64,000 nucleotides of DNA from Mobula hypostoma (Eukaryota). How positions within the stretch are numbered: the stretch's first letter is position 1; each line of letters opens with the position of its first letter. The notes under the pieces were generated by a model. It was not told the DNA's origin. It saw nothing but the letters and a program-made list of their open reading frames with translations, and searched no databases. Location of the stretch: positions 69,814,001 to 69,878,000 of the forward strand of contig NC_086097.1 of the NCBI RefSeq assembly GCF_963921235.1, written 5' to 3'. Shown here one piece after another: positions 52,463 through 64,000 of this stretch. Made by a program: the position numbers and the translations under genes.

Positions 52463-54443
52463 CATTGGTATGTAAATCTTCAAAATAGGTCAATAACATC
52501 TTAGCTGAAAATACTTAGTAATAGAACATTGAATGTGGTGCTACCACTGGTGAGGTAGCATCTATCTGCTTCAAGCCAATTGTACTCAGAAAATTAGAGT
52601 TCTCTTGTGTAAGTAAAATAACTATTGCAAGTTTCAACCAACTTTATCAGTGTTCCTTAAAGAAATTACAGATGGTCATTCAACAGCTCCTGTAATTTTT
52701 ACTTGTAAGATGCACTTCTCTGTGAGATTATTGCTTTTCACTTCCAGGATGAATGTTGGAAGAACTAGGCAAAAAGCATTAATTTAGAACAGTTCTGCTT
52801 ATTATGAACTAGATATGTCATCTTTGCATATTTAGATTCCATTTTTCTAAAAATATATCTGCACCAGTAGGATTGCTGTGGCATTTGGCACAGTGTGTAA
52901 TTTAAGGCTGAAATAGTATGCATGCATTGCACAAATATTGACTCTGTCGTGCTCTGGTGGGGTTAGTTGGAATTGAAGAGCTAACAGTTCTGCATCTTGA
53001 ACTTCAAACCCCATAGATGAAGCCCAGAAGTAGGAGGAGGAAGTGGCAGGTTACACAACTCCAGTTGGAGGCAAGTAAGGCTGTTTAGAATCTGGTCCTT
53101 GATATAAGCCTGACACTGCTTATGTCAATGGCAGTATCAGAGGGGCCAGTGTGGAGGGAGGTACAATAAAGTATGGGGCTTGACAGGGAATATAGAATCA
53201 AGGCAAGGGCTGAATGGGAGGAGACCAAGGTCTCATAGCTGAGTAGCTAACTCTGTTATGCTCATGAACTAGAGTATAATGTTAGCTGTGATTCATCCTA
53301 TTTGCTAACATAGTAGTTTTGGCTTAGAATTTCTCAGCTACATATCCTTCTTAATTAAATGATATGAAGTGAACGATCATATGTTTATGAATTTATTTTA
53401 CTGCCATCCTCCACCCCCCCCGAATTTGAGATCCGCTTGCTCTACTTTTTTAAAAAAACAGTTTTTGTTTTTATTCCCATCTGACATTTTGTTTGCTTTG
53501 TAATTATTTATTTCGTATAGTACATCTGGAAACCGCTTTCTCTTTTATTATTCATATATTATTCCTCTTAGTTTAGCCTAGAGGATTTGTTCTATCTTAA
53601 CCATTTATTCTGTTCTGTCACATTTCCCTCGTCTAATTGTGAAGAGGCAGATCTAATGTGTGCTTTGTGTTGTATTATATAAACCTTGCCTCTGCATCAT
53701 TTAATTCCATTCGTTGACCCTGGGTGGCTGACTTCACTGTCACCCTCAGACTGATTTGCTGGTGCCATTGTTGACTGGCTGATTTGGCAAAGTGCTTAAG
53801 GATATTGTTACCAGATTTAGTACTTATCCATTAGCCAAATATTAGAGATTTGTGAACAATTGAAAACCAACAGCGGATGCAAATTTGTATGCAGCTGTAA
53901 TTGATAATGTTGTACTCCACTGCATTTTCTATTTCATTGTAATTATTTTTCTGGGTACTACCTCTCATCACAAAGTAGAGACCTACATATGAGGAAGAGT
54001 ACCCAATATTACCTTAAAGTAATAAGGGAAGCTATCACATGCATCCCTGAGACATGGCTAAAGGATGCATGTCTGTGGGAGCTGAATGTCCAAGGATACA
54101 CGGTGTATCGGAAGGATAGGCAGTTAGGCAGAGGGGGTGGCGTGGCTTTATTGGTAAGAAATGATACTGAATCATTAGAAGGAGGTGACATAGGATCGGA
54201 AGGTACAGAATCTTTATGGGTTGAGCTAAGAAATTGCAGGGGTAAAAGGACCCTGATAGCAGTTATATGCAGGCCTCCTAACAGCTGCAGTGATGTGGAC
54301 TACAAATTACAACAGGAAATAGAAAAGGCTTGTCAAGAAGGCCAGTGTTAGGATAATTGTAGGGGATTTTAACATGCGAGTGGATTGGGAAAATCAGGTT
54401 GGTACTGGGTCTCAAGAGAGAGAATTGGTAGAAAGTCTACGAG

Positions 54444-54615
54444 CAACACACATAAAAGTTGCTGGTGAACGTAGCAGGCCAGGCAGCATCTCTAGGAAGA
54501 AACGTCGACTGCACCTCTTCCTAGAGATGCTGCCTGGCCTGCTGCATTCACCAGCAACTTTTATGTGTGTTGCTTGAATTTCCAGCATCTGCAGAATTCC
54601 TGTTGTTTGCGTTTT
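54444..54615 (+). mobile_element. Short Penelope-like fold-back insertion, hammerhead truncated to GAAACGTC
   Basis: 59-bp arms (54442-54500 / 54516-54574), tail on the right, 15-bp TSD TAGAAAGTCTACGAG (54429-54443 / 54616-54630). Confidence 0.88.
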
Positions 54616-55124
54616 TAGAAAGTCTACGAGATGGCTTTTTAGAACAGCTTGTTGTTGAGCCCACAAGGAGATCGCCTGTACTGGATTGGGTATTGTGTAA
54701 TGAACCAGAGATGATTAGAGAGATTGAGGTGAAGGAACCCTGAGGAGGCAGTGATGATATCATGTTTGAGTTCACTGTGAAATTTGAGAAAGAGAAGCCG
54801 AAATCCGATGTGTCGGTGTTTCTGTGGAGTAAAGGAAATTACAGTGGCATGAGAGAGGAACTGGCCAAAGTTGACTGGAAAGGGACACTAGCGGGAAGGA
54901 CGGCAGAGCAGCAGTGGCTGGAGTTTATGCGAGAAGCGAGGAAGGTGCAAGACAGATATATTCCAAAAAAAGAAGAAATTTTCAGATGGAAAGAGGATGC
55001 AACTGTGACTGGCAAGAGAAGTCAAAGCCAAATTTAAAGCAAAGGAGAGCGCATACAAGGAAGCAAAAAATAGTGGGAAGACAGAGGATTGGGAAGTTTT
55101 TAAAAGCTTACAAAAGGAAACTAA

Positions 55125-55300
55125 AGCAACATACATCAAAGTTGCTGGTGAACGCAGCAGGCCAAGCAGCATCTATAGGAAGAGGCGCAGTCGACTGCGC
55201 CTCTTCCTATAGATGCTGCTTGGCCTGCTGCGTTCACCAGCAATTTTGATGTATGTTGCTTGAATTTCCAGCATCTGCAGAATTCCTGTTGTTTGCGTTT
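55125..55300 (+). mobile_element. Short Penelope-like fold-back insertion (spacerless palindrome)
   Basis: 69-bp arms (55124-55192 / 55193-55261, one mismatch), tail on the right, 13-bp TSD AAAAGGAAACTAA (55112-55124 / 55301-55313). Confidence 0.9.
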
Positions 55301-57098
55301 AAAAGGAAACTAAGAAGGTCATTAAGTGGGAAAAGATGAACTATGTAAGGAAGCTAGCAAATAATATCAAAGAGGATACTAAAAGCTTTTTCAAGTATAT
55401 AAAGAGTAAAAGACAGGTGAGAGTAGATATAGGACCAATAGAAAATGATGCTGGAGAAATTGTAATGGGAGATAAGGAGATGGCAGAGGAACTGAATGAG
55501 TATTTTGCATCACTCTTCACTGAGGAAGACATCAGCAGTATACTGGCCACTCGGGGGTGTCAGGGAAGAGAAGTGTGCGCAGTCACAATTACGACAGAGG
55601 AAGTACTCAGGAAGCTGAGTAGTCTTAAAGGTAGATAAATCTCCCGGACCAGATGGAATGCACCCTCATGTTCTGAAGGAAGTAGCTGTGGAGATCGTGG
55701 AGGCGTTAGCGATGATCTTTCAAAAGTCAATAGATTCTGGCATGGTTCCGGAGGACTGGAAGATTGCAAATGTCACTCCGCTATTTAGGAAGGGGGCAAG
55801 GAAGCAAAAAGGAAATTATAGACCTGTTAGCTTGACATCGGTGGTTGAGAAGTTGTTGGAGTCGATTGTCAGGATGAGGTTATGGAGTACCTGGAGGCAT
55901 ATGACAAGGTAGGCAGAACTCAGCATGGTTTCCTTAAAGGAAAATCCTGCCTGACAAACCTATTACAATTTTTTGAGGAAATTACAAGTAGGCTAGACAA
56001 GGGCGATGCAGTGGATGTTGTGTATTTGGATTTTCAGAAGGCCTTTGACAAGGTGCCGCACATGAGGCTGCTAAACAAGATAAGAGCCCATGGAATTACG
56101 GGAAAGTTACATAACGTGGATCGAGCGTTGTCTGATTGGCAGGAAGCAGAGAGTGGGAATAAAGGGATCCTATTCTGGTTGGCTGCCAGTCACCAGTGGT
56201 GTTCCACAGGGGTCCGTGTTGGAGCCACTTCTTTTTACATTGTACATCAACAATTTGGATTATGGAATAGATGGCTTTGTGGCTAAGTTTGCTGATGATA
56301 CAAAGATAGGTGGAGGGGCTGGTAGTGCTGAGGAAACAGAGAGTCTGCAGACTTGGATAGATTGGAAGAATGGGTAAAGAAGTAGCAAATGAAATACAGT
56401 GTTGGAAAGTGTATGGTTATGCACTTTGGTAGAAGAAATAAACGGCAGACTATTATTTAAATGTGGAAAGAATTCAAAGTTCTGAGATGCAATGGGACTT
56501 GGGAGTCCTCATGCAGGATACTCTTAAGGTTAACCTCCAAGTTGAGTTGATGGTGAAGGCGGCGAATGAAATGTTGGCATTCATTTCTAGAGGAATAGAG
56601 TATAGGAGCAGGGATGTGATGTTGAGCTCTATGAGGCACTGGTAAGAGCTCGCTTGGAGTACTGTGTGCAGTTTTGGGCTCCTTATTTAAGAAAGGATGT
56701 GCTGATGTTGGAGAGGGTTCAGAGAAGATTCACTGGAATGAGAGGGTTAACATATGAGGAACGTTTGACTGCTACTGGACTGTACTTGTCCTCCCAGGGG
56801 GGACCTCACAGGAACATTTTGAATGTTGAAAGGCATGGACAGAGTGGATGTGGCAAATTTGTTTCACATGGTGGAGGAGTCTAGTACGAGAGGGCATGAC
56901 TTAAGATTGAAGGGCGCCCATTCAGAACAGAGATGCAAAGAAATTTTTTTTAGCCAGAGGGTGGTGAACATGTGGAATTTGTTGCCACGGGCAGCAGTGG
57001 GGGTCAGGTCATTGGGTGTATTTAAGGCAGAGATTGATAGGTATCTGAGTAGCCAGGGCATCAAAGGTTATGGTGAGAAGGCAGGGGAGTGGGACTAG

Positions 57099-57540
57099 CA
57101 GACACCAACAGAATCAACAAACTCATTTGTAAGGCCAGTGATGTTGTGGGGATGGAACTGGACTCTCTCACGGTGGTGTCTGAAAAGAGGATGCTGTCTA
57201 AGTTGCATGCCATCTTGGTCAATGTCACCCATCCACTACATAATGTACTGGGTGGGCACAGGAGTACATTCAGCCAGAGACCCATTCCACCGAGATGCAA
57301 CACAGAGCGTCATAGGAAGTCGTTCCTGCCTGTGGCCATCAAACTTTACAACTCTTCCCTTGGAGGGTCAGACATCCTGAGCCAATAGGCTGGTCCCGGA
57401 CTTATTTCATAATTTACTGGCATAATTTACATATTACTATTTAACTATTTATGGTTCTATTACTATTTATTATTTATGGTGCAACTGTAATGAAAACCAA
57501 TTTCCCCCTGGGATCAATAAAGTATGACTATGACTATGAT
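57099..57540 (+). mobile_element. Rex1-like LINE 3' fragment
   Basis: NKLI.KA..HPLH..CNTERHRKSFLPVAIKLYN; AATAAA(GTATGA/CTATGA)n tail. Confidence 0.8.
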
Positions 57541-58530
57541 TTTGCTCGTCTGTTGCCATTATCACTTACATTTTTAAATCCAGCGGTTAAAGTTTTTTTC
57601 TCCCTGCTCTGATTTCCCAAGCTTGGTTCCTCACTATATACTTCATAATTAGTCTTTTCTGGTTTTGATGGAAGATCCCAAGCTGAGAAAAAACATTTTT
57701 CTTTCACTACTGGTGTTGCCTAACATTTTTAAAAACTTGAATACCTTTGTAATTCAGCACCATTAGTTCATGTTTTACTATTTTACTAAAAAATGTGGCA
57801 GCCTTATCTGACTGTTGTGATAATTTTGGGTTTTAAGTTTTCACAGGAAAAAAATAAATCTTATAAAAATCCAATGTTACAAAAAACTAATTTCAGTCAT
57901 TTGAAAATATAGTCTTGGCCAGCAGTCAGTATTCAGAGCTGTTTTTCAGTTATATGATTTTTATTCAGTTATCAAGCCATCAGAAATGCTATTATGTTGT
58001 TTGTTATTGTTTGCAAGGATGATATATCTCAGCTTTTCTTTCTTTACTGCACGTCATTTGTGGTCCAGTATTAAGCTTTGCTGAGATTTTGTATTTGGAC
58101 CTTGAAGAAAGAGACATTGTAAAAATGTTTTTTTTGTGGCTTATGGATTATCTGAGTGCACTTATATTCTTTAAGCAAAACTCAATTTGTTCAACATCCC
58201 TTTAATCTGATGTACTTGAAGTTTTAACATTTTTCTTCCGTATATGTGTCATGTTAACTTTCTGTCAATGCCTAAAGCACAATTGTGTTCTAATTTCCAC
58301 TGAGAGCTTTGGAATGCAGAGATTTTAATTTATTATTGAAATCAAGCCCACTTGACAGTATTTTGGATATAGTCTGCTTTTCGATTTTGCTTTCAGAACA
58401 TTTGGTAGATGTTCTTCATGTGGCTTTGGTGATAACTTGTGAAGATTACTTCCTTCTTTCATATTAACATCTTTATTCTGGATACGTATTCAGTAACATT
58501 CTATATCTTTTACCTTATGTTCATTTTTAG

Positions 58531-58706
58531 TTGCCGGCTAATAAGGATGCATTTAGGAAGACATGGAATCCCAAATACACACTACGGAGTCACTTTGATG
58601 GAGTACGTGCATTAGCTTTCCATCCTGTAGAGCCTGTGCTGGTTACAGCCTCTGAAGACCACACCCTTAAGCTCTGGAATCTACAGAAAACTGTCCCTGC
58701 CAAAAA
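58531..58706 (+). CDS. STRN3: Striatin-3 exon (176 bp) with the first WD40 repeat: LPANKDAFRKTWNPKYTLRSHFDGVRALAFHPVEPVLVTASEDHTLKLWNLQKTVPAK
   Basis: tttttAG acceptor and GTATGT donor; residues match STRN3 rather than STRN or STRN4 (from recall). Confidence 0.96.
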
Positions 58707-58913
58707 GTATGTTTTTTATTTTGAAAATCATTCCATATTTATGTTAGATGGAGATGGTATATGCTAAGCATATGCATATTTTCTGGGTCCAAATAGACAC
58801 AGCCAAGCATAATTTTGTGTTCGAGAAGCAGTCTTTTTAGTGGCATCTCTCTCTTGGTTTGGCCACTTAGTCGTCAGAACTACAGCCATTTGAAACAACT
58901 GCACATGTTAATA

Positions 58914-59350
58914 CGTAGAAACATAGAAAACCTACAGCACAATACAGGCCCTTCAGCTCACAGTGCTGTGCCAAACATGTACTTACTTTAAAATTACCCA
59001 TAGCCCTCTATTTTTCTAAGCTCCATGTACTTATCCAGGAGCCTCTTAAAAAGACTCTATGGTATCTGCCTCCACCACAGTCACCGGCAGCCCATTCCAC
59101 GTACTCACCACTCCCTTTGTAAAAAACTTGCCCCTGACATCCCCTCAGTACCTACTTCCAAGCACCTTAAAACTGTGTCCTCTTGTTATAGCCATTTCAG
59201 CCCTGGGAAAAACTACCCCTCAATCAATGTCTCTCATCATTCTATACATGTCTATCAGGTCACCTCTCATTCATTCTCTGTTGCTCCAAGGAGAAAAGGC
59301 CAAGTTCACTCAGCGTATTCTCAGAAGGCATGCTCCCCAATCCAGGCAGC
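58914..59350 (-). mobile_element. CR1 3' fragment
   Basis: Reverse-complement homolog of 40747-41097, with a (TAGAAACA)-like tail. Confidence 0.82.
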
Positions 59351-61239
59351 AAGCTACTAAACAGGATTCTCTACCTTAGTCAGGACACTTTAGTGAAATT
59401 TGTTCCCAGATACCCCTAAACCTTTCATCAAATCATGAAGGGTTCAGCTTTTGCTAATGCTTTTTAAAACAATTCCGACTTCCATCTATAACAGAAAATA
59501 TTGGATAATCTCAGCTGATCAGGAAGCATTTGGGGAGAGAACAAAACATCTTTTGGGGCTAATGACTTGTTTAAACATTATTGACCTGAAATGTTAGCTT
59601 TGAATCCCTCCATAAATTCTGACTGATCTATTTATTTCTAGTAATTTGTTTTTATTTTAGATTTCCGTTAATAGAGTGAAGTGTGTGGGTAAGAGATGAT
59701 TCAAATGATTTGCTTCACATACTAGGAATGCTGTAGGGTTTGCCATTGAAGCTTACATATAATGTGAAGCAACAGAAAGGAAGGTAGCAAGCACTTATAA
59801 TGGCTTCAACAGTGTGTCATATTAGTATTCTGAAGCAAAGCACTGTATTTAAGATAGAAGACAATCATTTATTAAAGTTCCCTGATGGAGTGAACTTTGA
59901 ACCAATGCAGGCCATGCCTGTGATTTAGGGTCATTTTGTCCCTCTAGCTTCTCTGCATCTCTTCTGATGATTTTAACAACAATATTTCACTTGTTACATG
60001 TTTATCCAGTAGATCACTGAGGAACTGATTGCATATGTAGCAATTTACTACCTTTTCTCATGGAAGGTGTTGCCAACAAATGAGAGCCACCATTTACAAG
60101 CTGGCATGTGACTCTGAGTTAGAACCCTGGGAAAGTTGTTGGGCATCACAATTATAATAAAGAGCCCTAACTTAGCAGTCCGATGTCATCTTGAAATAAC
60201 AGATCCCTTGTCTGGGCAGTTTGGAAGAAATCCTTCAGTGTTACTTCCCAAGTAACTATCAAGATTCCAAATCAGTTGCTATGGAGATGTGCTGCAAGAA
60301 AATGAAGGTATCAATGTACTGTATGTAAAGAAAGACCATGCCCCCCAGTGTAGCCAAATGCTAATATTACTAGATTTCAATTTATTGATGAGAAATTCTC
60401 CTGGATCATCTTATCCATACCCAGTATCTCTCCTTCTATCTAGCTCAAATCTGATCTTCACCAAATTAATCTGAAGCAATGTTTCACTTCATTAGAAGCA
60501 TATGAAGACCAATAGTTAAAGCAAAACATTTCACTTTATACTTCAAATTCACTTCACTGGTTACATGATTGGTGTCCATTTATAAAATACATTCCGCAAA
60601 ACTTTATTTCCTCTATAATCTTGATTTATATACTATCCAGTGAGGTCTTTATTTTTAAGTGTATACAATTTCTGCCTTAACTTTCTATGGAACATTTCAA
60701 TTAGACAGTGGTGCCATCAGTAAGGAGCTATCAACCTACCTGTTACTAAATCTACAATACAGTATCCGAGTTTAGGCCTGAATCTCATTAAGTTATATAA
60801 TGCATCCCCCCCCCCCCCATTGTAACTCTATTCTGTCTTTGAAGTATGTGAAGCTTTAGGAGCTGAAATAGAAGGGATAGTATTTCCTTGTGACATGGCT
60901 GGCCAGGGACCTCTGAATTACTTCCAAAGCAAACTATAACAGTAAGATTTATATGGATGGGAATATTAAATAAAATGCTGCAGTAACACTTGTCCGTCAT
61001 TATCAACAGATGCAAGTTCCCAAATGTGTCTTCTTTCCATGATATCAGTTTAATGGTTCTTCCTGATGGAGGAAATGGCTGATGCATGATCTTCTCTCTC
61101 AGTTGCCAACTTCTCATTGTATGCAAGCTGATCTGTTGGAAAGGAGAAATTTTGACAGTATTTGAACAATGTGAAGTTTGAAGTCGCACTTGTCAAGATA
61201 GAATGATGTTGATGGTGTATGTACAAATGCAGGTGGTTG

Positions 61240-61640
61240 AACTATTATAAGGACATTGCCAGAATAAAGAAATAGGCTCTCGAGCTCTTCATGCCTGCTC
61301 TGCTATTCAGTAAGATCGTGGCTAATCTTTTACCTCAGTACAATTTTGCTACAGACATCCCCTTTTCCTTGATTCATTTTATTTAAAAAATCAATCAGTT
61401 TGTCTGGTACATACTCAGTGAATGAAATTCTGTGACCCTCCTGGGTAGAGAGATCCAAAGATTTGCTCACCTCTGGGTGAAGATATTTCTCCTTGTTACA
61501 TCTGAATATTCAGTCTCCAATTTTTCAGACTGTGACCCCTAATTCTAATCACCCCTGCCATGTGAAGCATTGACTTAACATATTTTGTCAAGCCTCTTAA
61601 GAAATCTGTGCATTTCATTGAGGCCACCTCATTTTTTTTT
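61240..61640 (-). mobile_element. Degenerate CR1 3' remnant
   Basis: 'gggtagagagatccaaagatt..cacctctgggtgaaga..tttctcct' and 'tgtgacccct'. Confidence 0.5.
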
Positions 61641-63726
61641 AAACTCTAGGGAATAAGGGCCCCATCTGTGTAATCTGTTGGTACTTAGAGTACTGGAAGT
61701 GCAGTGGGAAGTGCACTGGGTTGATGAGGGAGCATTGGTGTTCAGGTAAGAGTTGAGAATTCTGGACGAATGTATGGTGAAGGTGAAAACAAAAGACAAT
61801 GACAGATATGTTAGGTGTCATAGCTTAACTATCCTGGACTTAATTAAATGAACTCTAGTAGTGCTGCTGTGTATTCAGGATTATATTGTTTGCATTAACA
61901 TATTCTGCCGCTTGAGTTTAATCTTGATGGGCAGTTCATTTTGATGTATTGCCATTGCTGCCAGAGAGAAAATCTCTTGCTCTCCATCACCATCTTCACC
62001 AGTACCTTCAGAGTAACATTAGTAAAATGAGATATTCTTGTAGGCTTGCAATTAACCTTCATTATAGTACCCTGTAGTTAAAAGACACCTTTTGAAGAGT
62101 GCAGGCTGCTTTTATATAGTAGCAACAATGCATTATTTTGATGCTGCTTTTTTTCCCACCTTTTAATTAGGCAGATTGTCGGTGAATGCATGCATAGAAC
62201 TGAAGCCCCGTTGATGTTATTTGAATAATCAGGTTCAATAATTTTTATTCAACAGTTTACAGTCACGTATCTGTTGTAGGACCAATTTCCTGTACATGTG
62301 GTACAGGTTCACAATGTATATAAAGATAGGGTGGAATGTGAGAAGGTTTTCCCTTTCTTTGGCATGGAAATTAGTGGAAGTGTTTTCCTCAAAAGCAAAC
62401 ATAGAAAGTGAAATTGTGAGAGTAGGCCGGTGTGAATGGCAAGCAAAGTAAATTAATGATTGCATCATTGATTGCAACTATGAAAAGGAGAGGCTGTATA
62501 TGGTGTGACCTATTTGGGAAGATTGTAGTTATAAAGAATTTTGAAATCCATGTCAGGGTCTTTGAGGCAGCATTTGTCTCAGAGCTTCCAGATGGATAAT
62601 TTGCATACGTTCGTGGTAACCAGCTCCAGATCAATGACTGATAGTCGAGAAACCCAAATTGTAACATGGCTGATGGTGGTGACTTCCCAGGTGAAATGAG
62701 TTTGATTTGGATTTACTCAGTAATGACCCAGCAATTGAGGGCTGTAATTTGTCATAGCATTTACACCTTGGAGAATAGATTACATGTGACACCTCACAAA
62801 CCTTTTCAACAACAACTTGAATTCAACCATGTGGCAGAATTAATTAAGGCAATGTAGTTATTTTGAAGGAATATGTTATCACTTTTTTAAAATATATGAT
62901 TAGATGTGAAGGGCAGACAGATGCGGCCACCAGCAGTGTGCCAAACTAGAAGCTTCCATGTTACTTTCTGTGTTTCACAACATTAAATAAGTGCACATGG
63001 TCAGGTGTCATTGTATGTACAGTATATCCCTTTTAAAGATGTGGCCACAGAAGATACCAAAGTTGATTGTTATTATAGGTATATAGTAGTTTGGACATGA
63101 CAGGAGGGTAGTGATTTCAAAGTGGATCAAGTGGTGCTAAAAAAGATATCAAAATCACTGGCAATGTGAAGTTTCTCTATGGTCAGAGCTGAAGGTAGGA
63201 AGAGATTTAAGAAAAATTGGCTGCTTTTAATGGAGAGAATTCTTGCAGGTATATGGGTTTATAAATGACTAATGTGTTTTATACCAGTTGCTCTAATACT
63301 CCGTTATCTGAGCAAAGTGGAATGAAGCTGAGAATCACATTACATAGAATGTATTGTTCTAAGGATCATTTACTTATTGCTACATGACTTGTTTAGTGTG
63401 TGATGTTCTGCTTCATCTGTAACTTTAGAAATTTTGCACTTAGCACTCATAGGCATTATTTTAAATTATCAATTGTTTTAACCTGTTTTGTACTTCAAAC
63501 AGTTAAAACATGTGAAAGTTCTGAAATCCAGTGTTTAGTTTGTGTTGCATGCACTTTAATTGTAATTTTAAGGATTAGCTGAGATTTTGTTAAGTTTTTA
63601 ATTGGCAGCTCTCCATTGTTCTGCAGATCTATATGGGTCAATTAATGGTTTGAAAAATAATTTCTGCAATCTTTAGCTGTAGTTGCGTAGCAGTGATATT
63701 AAGCTGTATTATTTCTTTTCTTTTAG

Positions 63727-63774
63727 GAGTACCTCATTAGATGTGGAGCCAATATATACATTTAGAGCCCATAT
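63727..63774 (+). CDS. STRN3: Striatin-3 exon (48 bp): (K)STSLDVEPIYTFRAH(I)
   Basis: Polypyrimidine tract plus AG; GTAAGT donor; phase 2 matches the upstream exon. Confidence 0.94.
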
Positions 63775-64000
63775 GTAAGTAATGTCAGACACATCACTTG
63801 TATGCTTCATGATATTGATGAGTATATTCGACAATGTACAATAGAGTACACTTACAGACGTTTTCATGAAAATAAATGTTTATTTTGGATAAAATGAAAC
63901 CGTTGTAAGCAAAGTGCCAATGAAATGTTTTTGTGCTTGTTTGAAGTATGGTATGATTTAATTGTTCGGTCAGTTGTTGCAGTGATGTTGATAATTCTAT

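Larger units (their letters stand above)
54030..57098 (+). mobile_element. CR1 ORF2 (EN-RT), 5'-truncated, with two PLE insertions
   Basis: [37 protein letters not shown] and FSQRVV motifs. Confidence 0.9.
9303..58530 (+). other. STRN3: 49.2-kb STRN3 intron filled with nested transposable elements
   Basis: GTAAGT...tttttAG boundaries; the flanking exons join in phase 0 as FSYD|LPANKD. Confidence 0.88.

Noticed and set aside
58707..58767. Tail of ORF 58531-58767 (YVFYFENH...)
   Set aside because: Intronic read-through after the GTATGT donor.
59470..59670. Possible ancient PLE fold-back remnant
   Set aside because: Too degenerate to define arms or a TSD by eye.

Overview
Vertebrate genomic DNA, probably from a cartilaginous fish (inferred only from the repeat repertoire). 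The window holds four + strand coding exons of striatin-3 (STRN3): 255-395, 9169-9302, 58531-58706 and 63727-63774. They join in frame across GT-AG introns. The 49.2-kb intron (9303-58530) is filled with nested transposable elements: two full-length antisense L1s, several CR1 and Rex/Babar-like LINEs, tRNA-SINEs, Tigger and mariner derivatives, and a Gypsy LTR element with PNMA-like gag. The most notable structure is a family of five Penelope-like (PLE) fold-back insertions, 0.17-2.3 kb long. Each has a 10-15 bp TSD, inverted arms and a one-sided tail. Three carry minimal type I hammerhead ribozyme motifs. One short copy is a near-perfect palindrome centred exactly on the predicted ribozyme cleavage site. 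A candidate in-frame 39-nt STRN3 cassette exon with a downstream Rbfox motif lies at 8909-8947. All calls are by eye; no searches were run.
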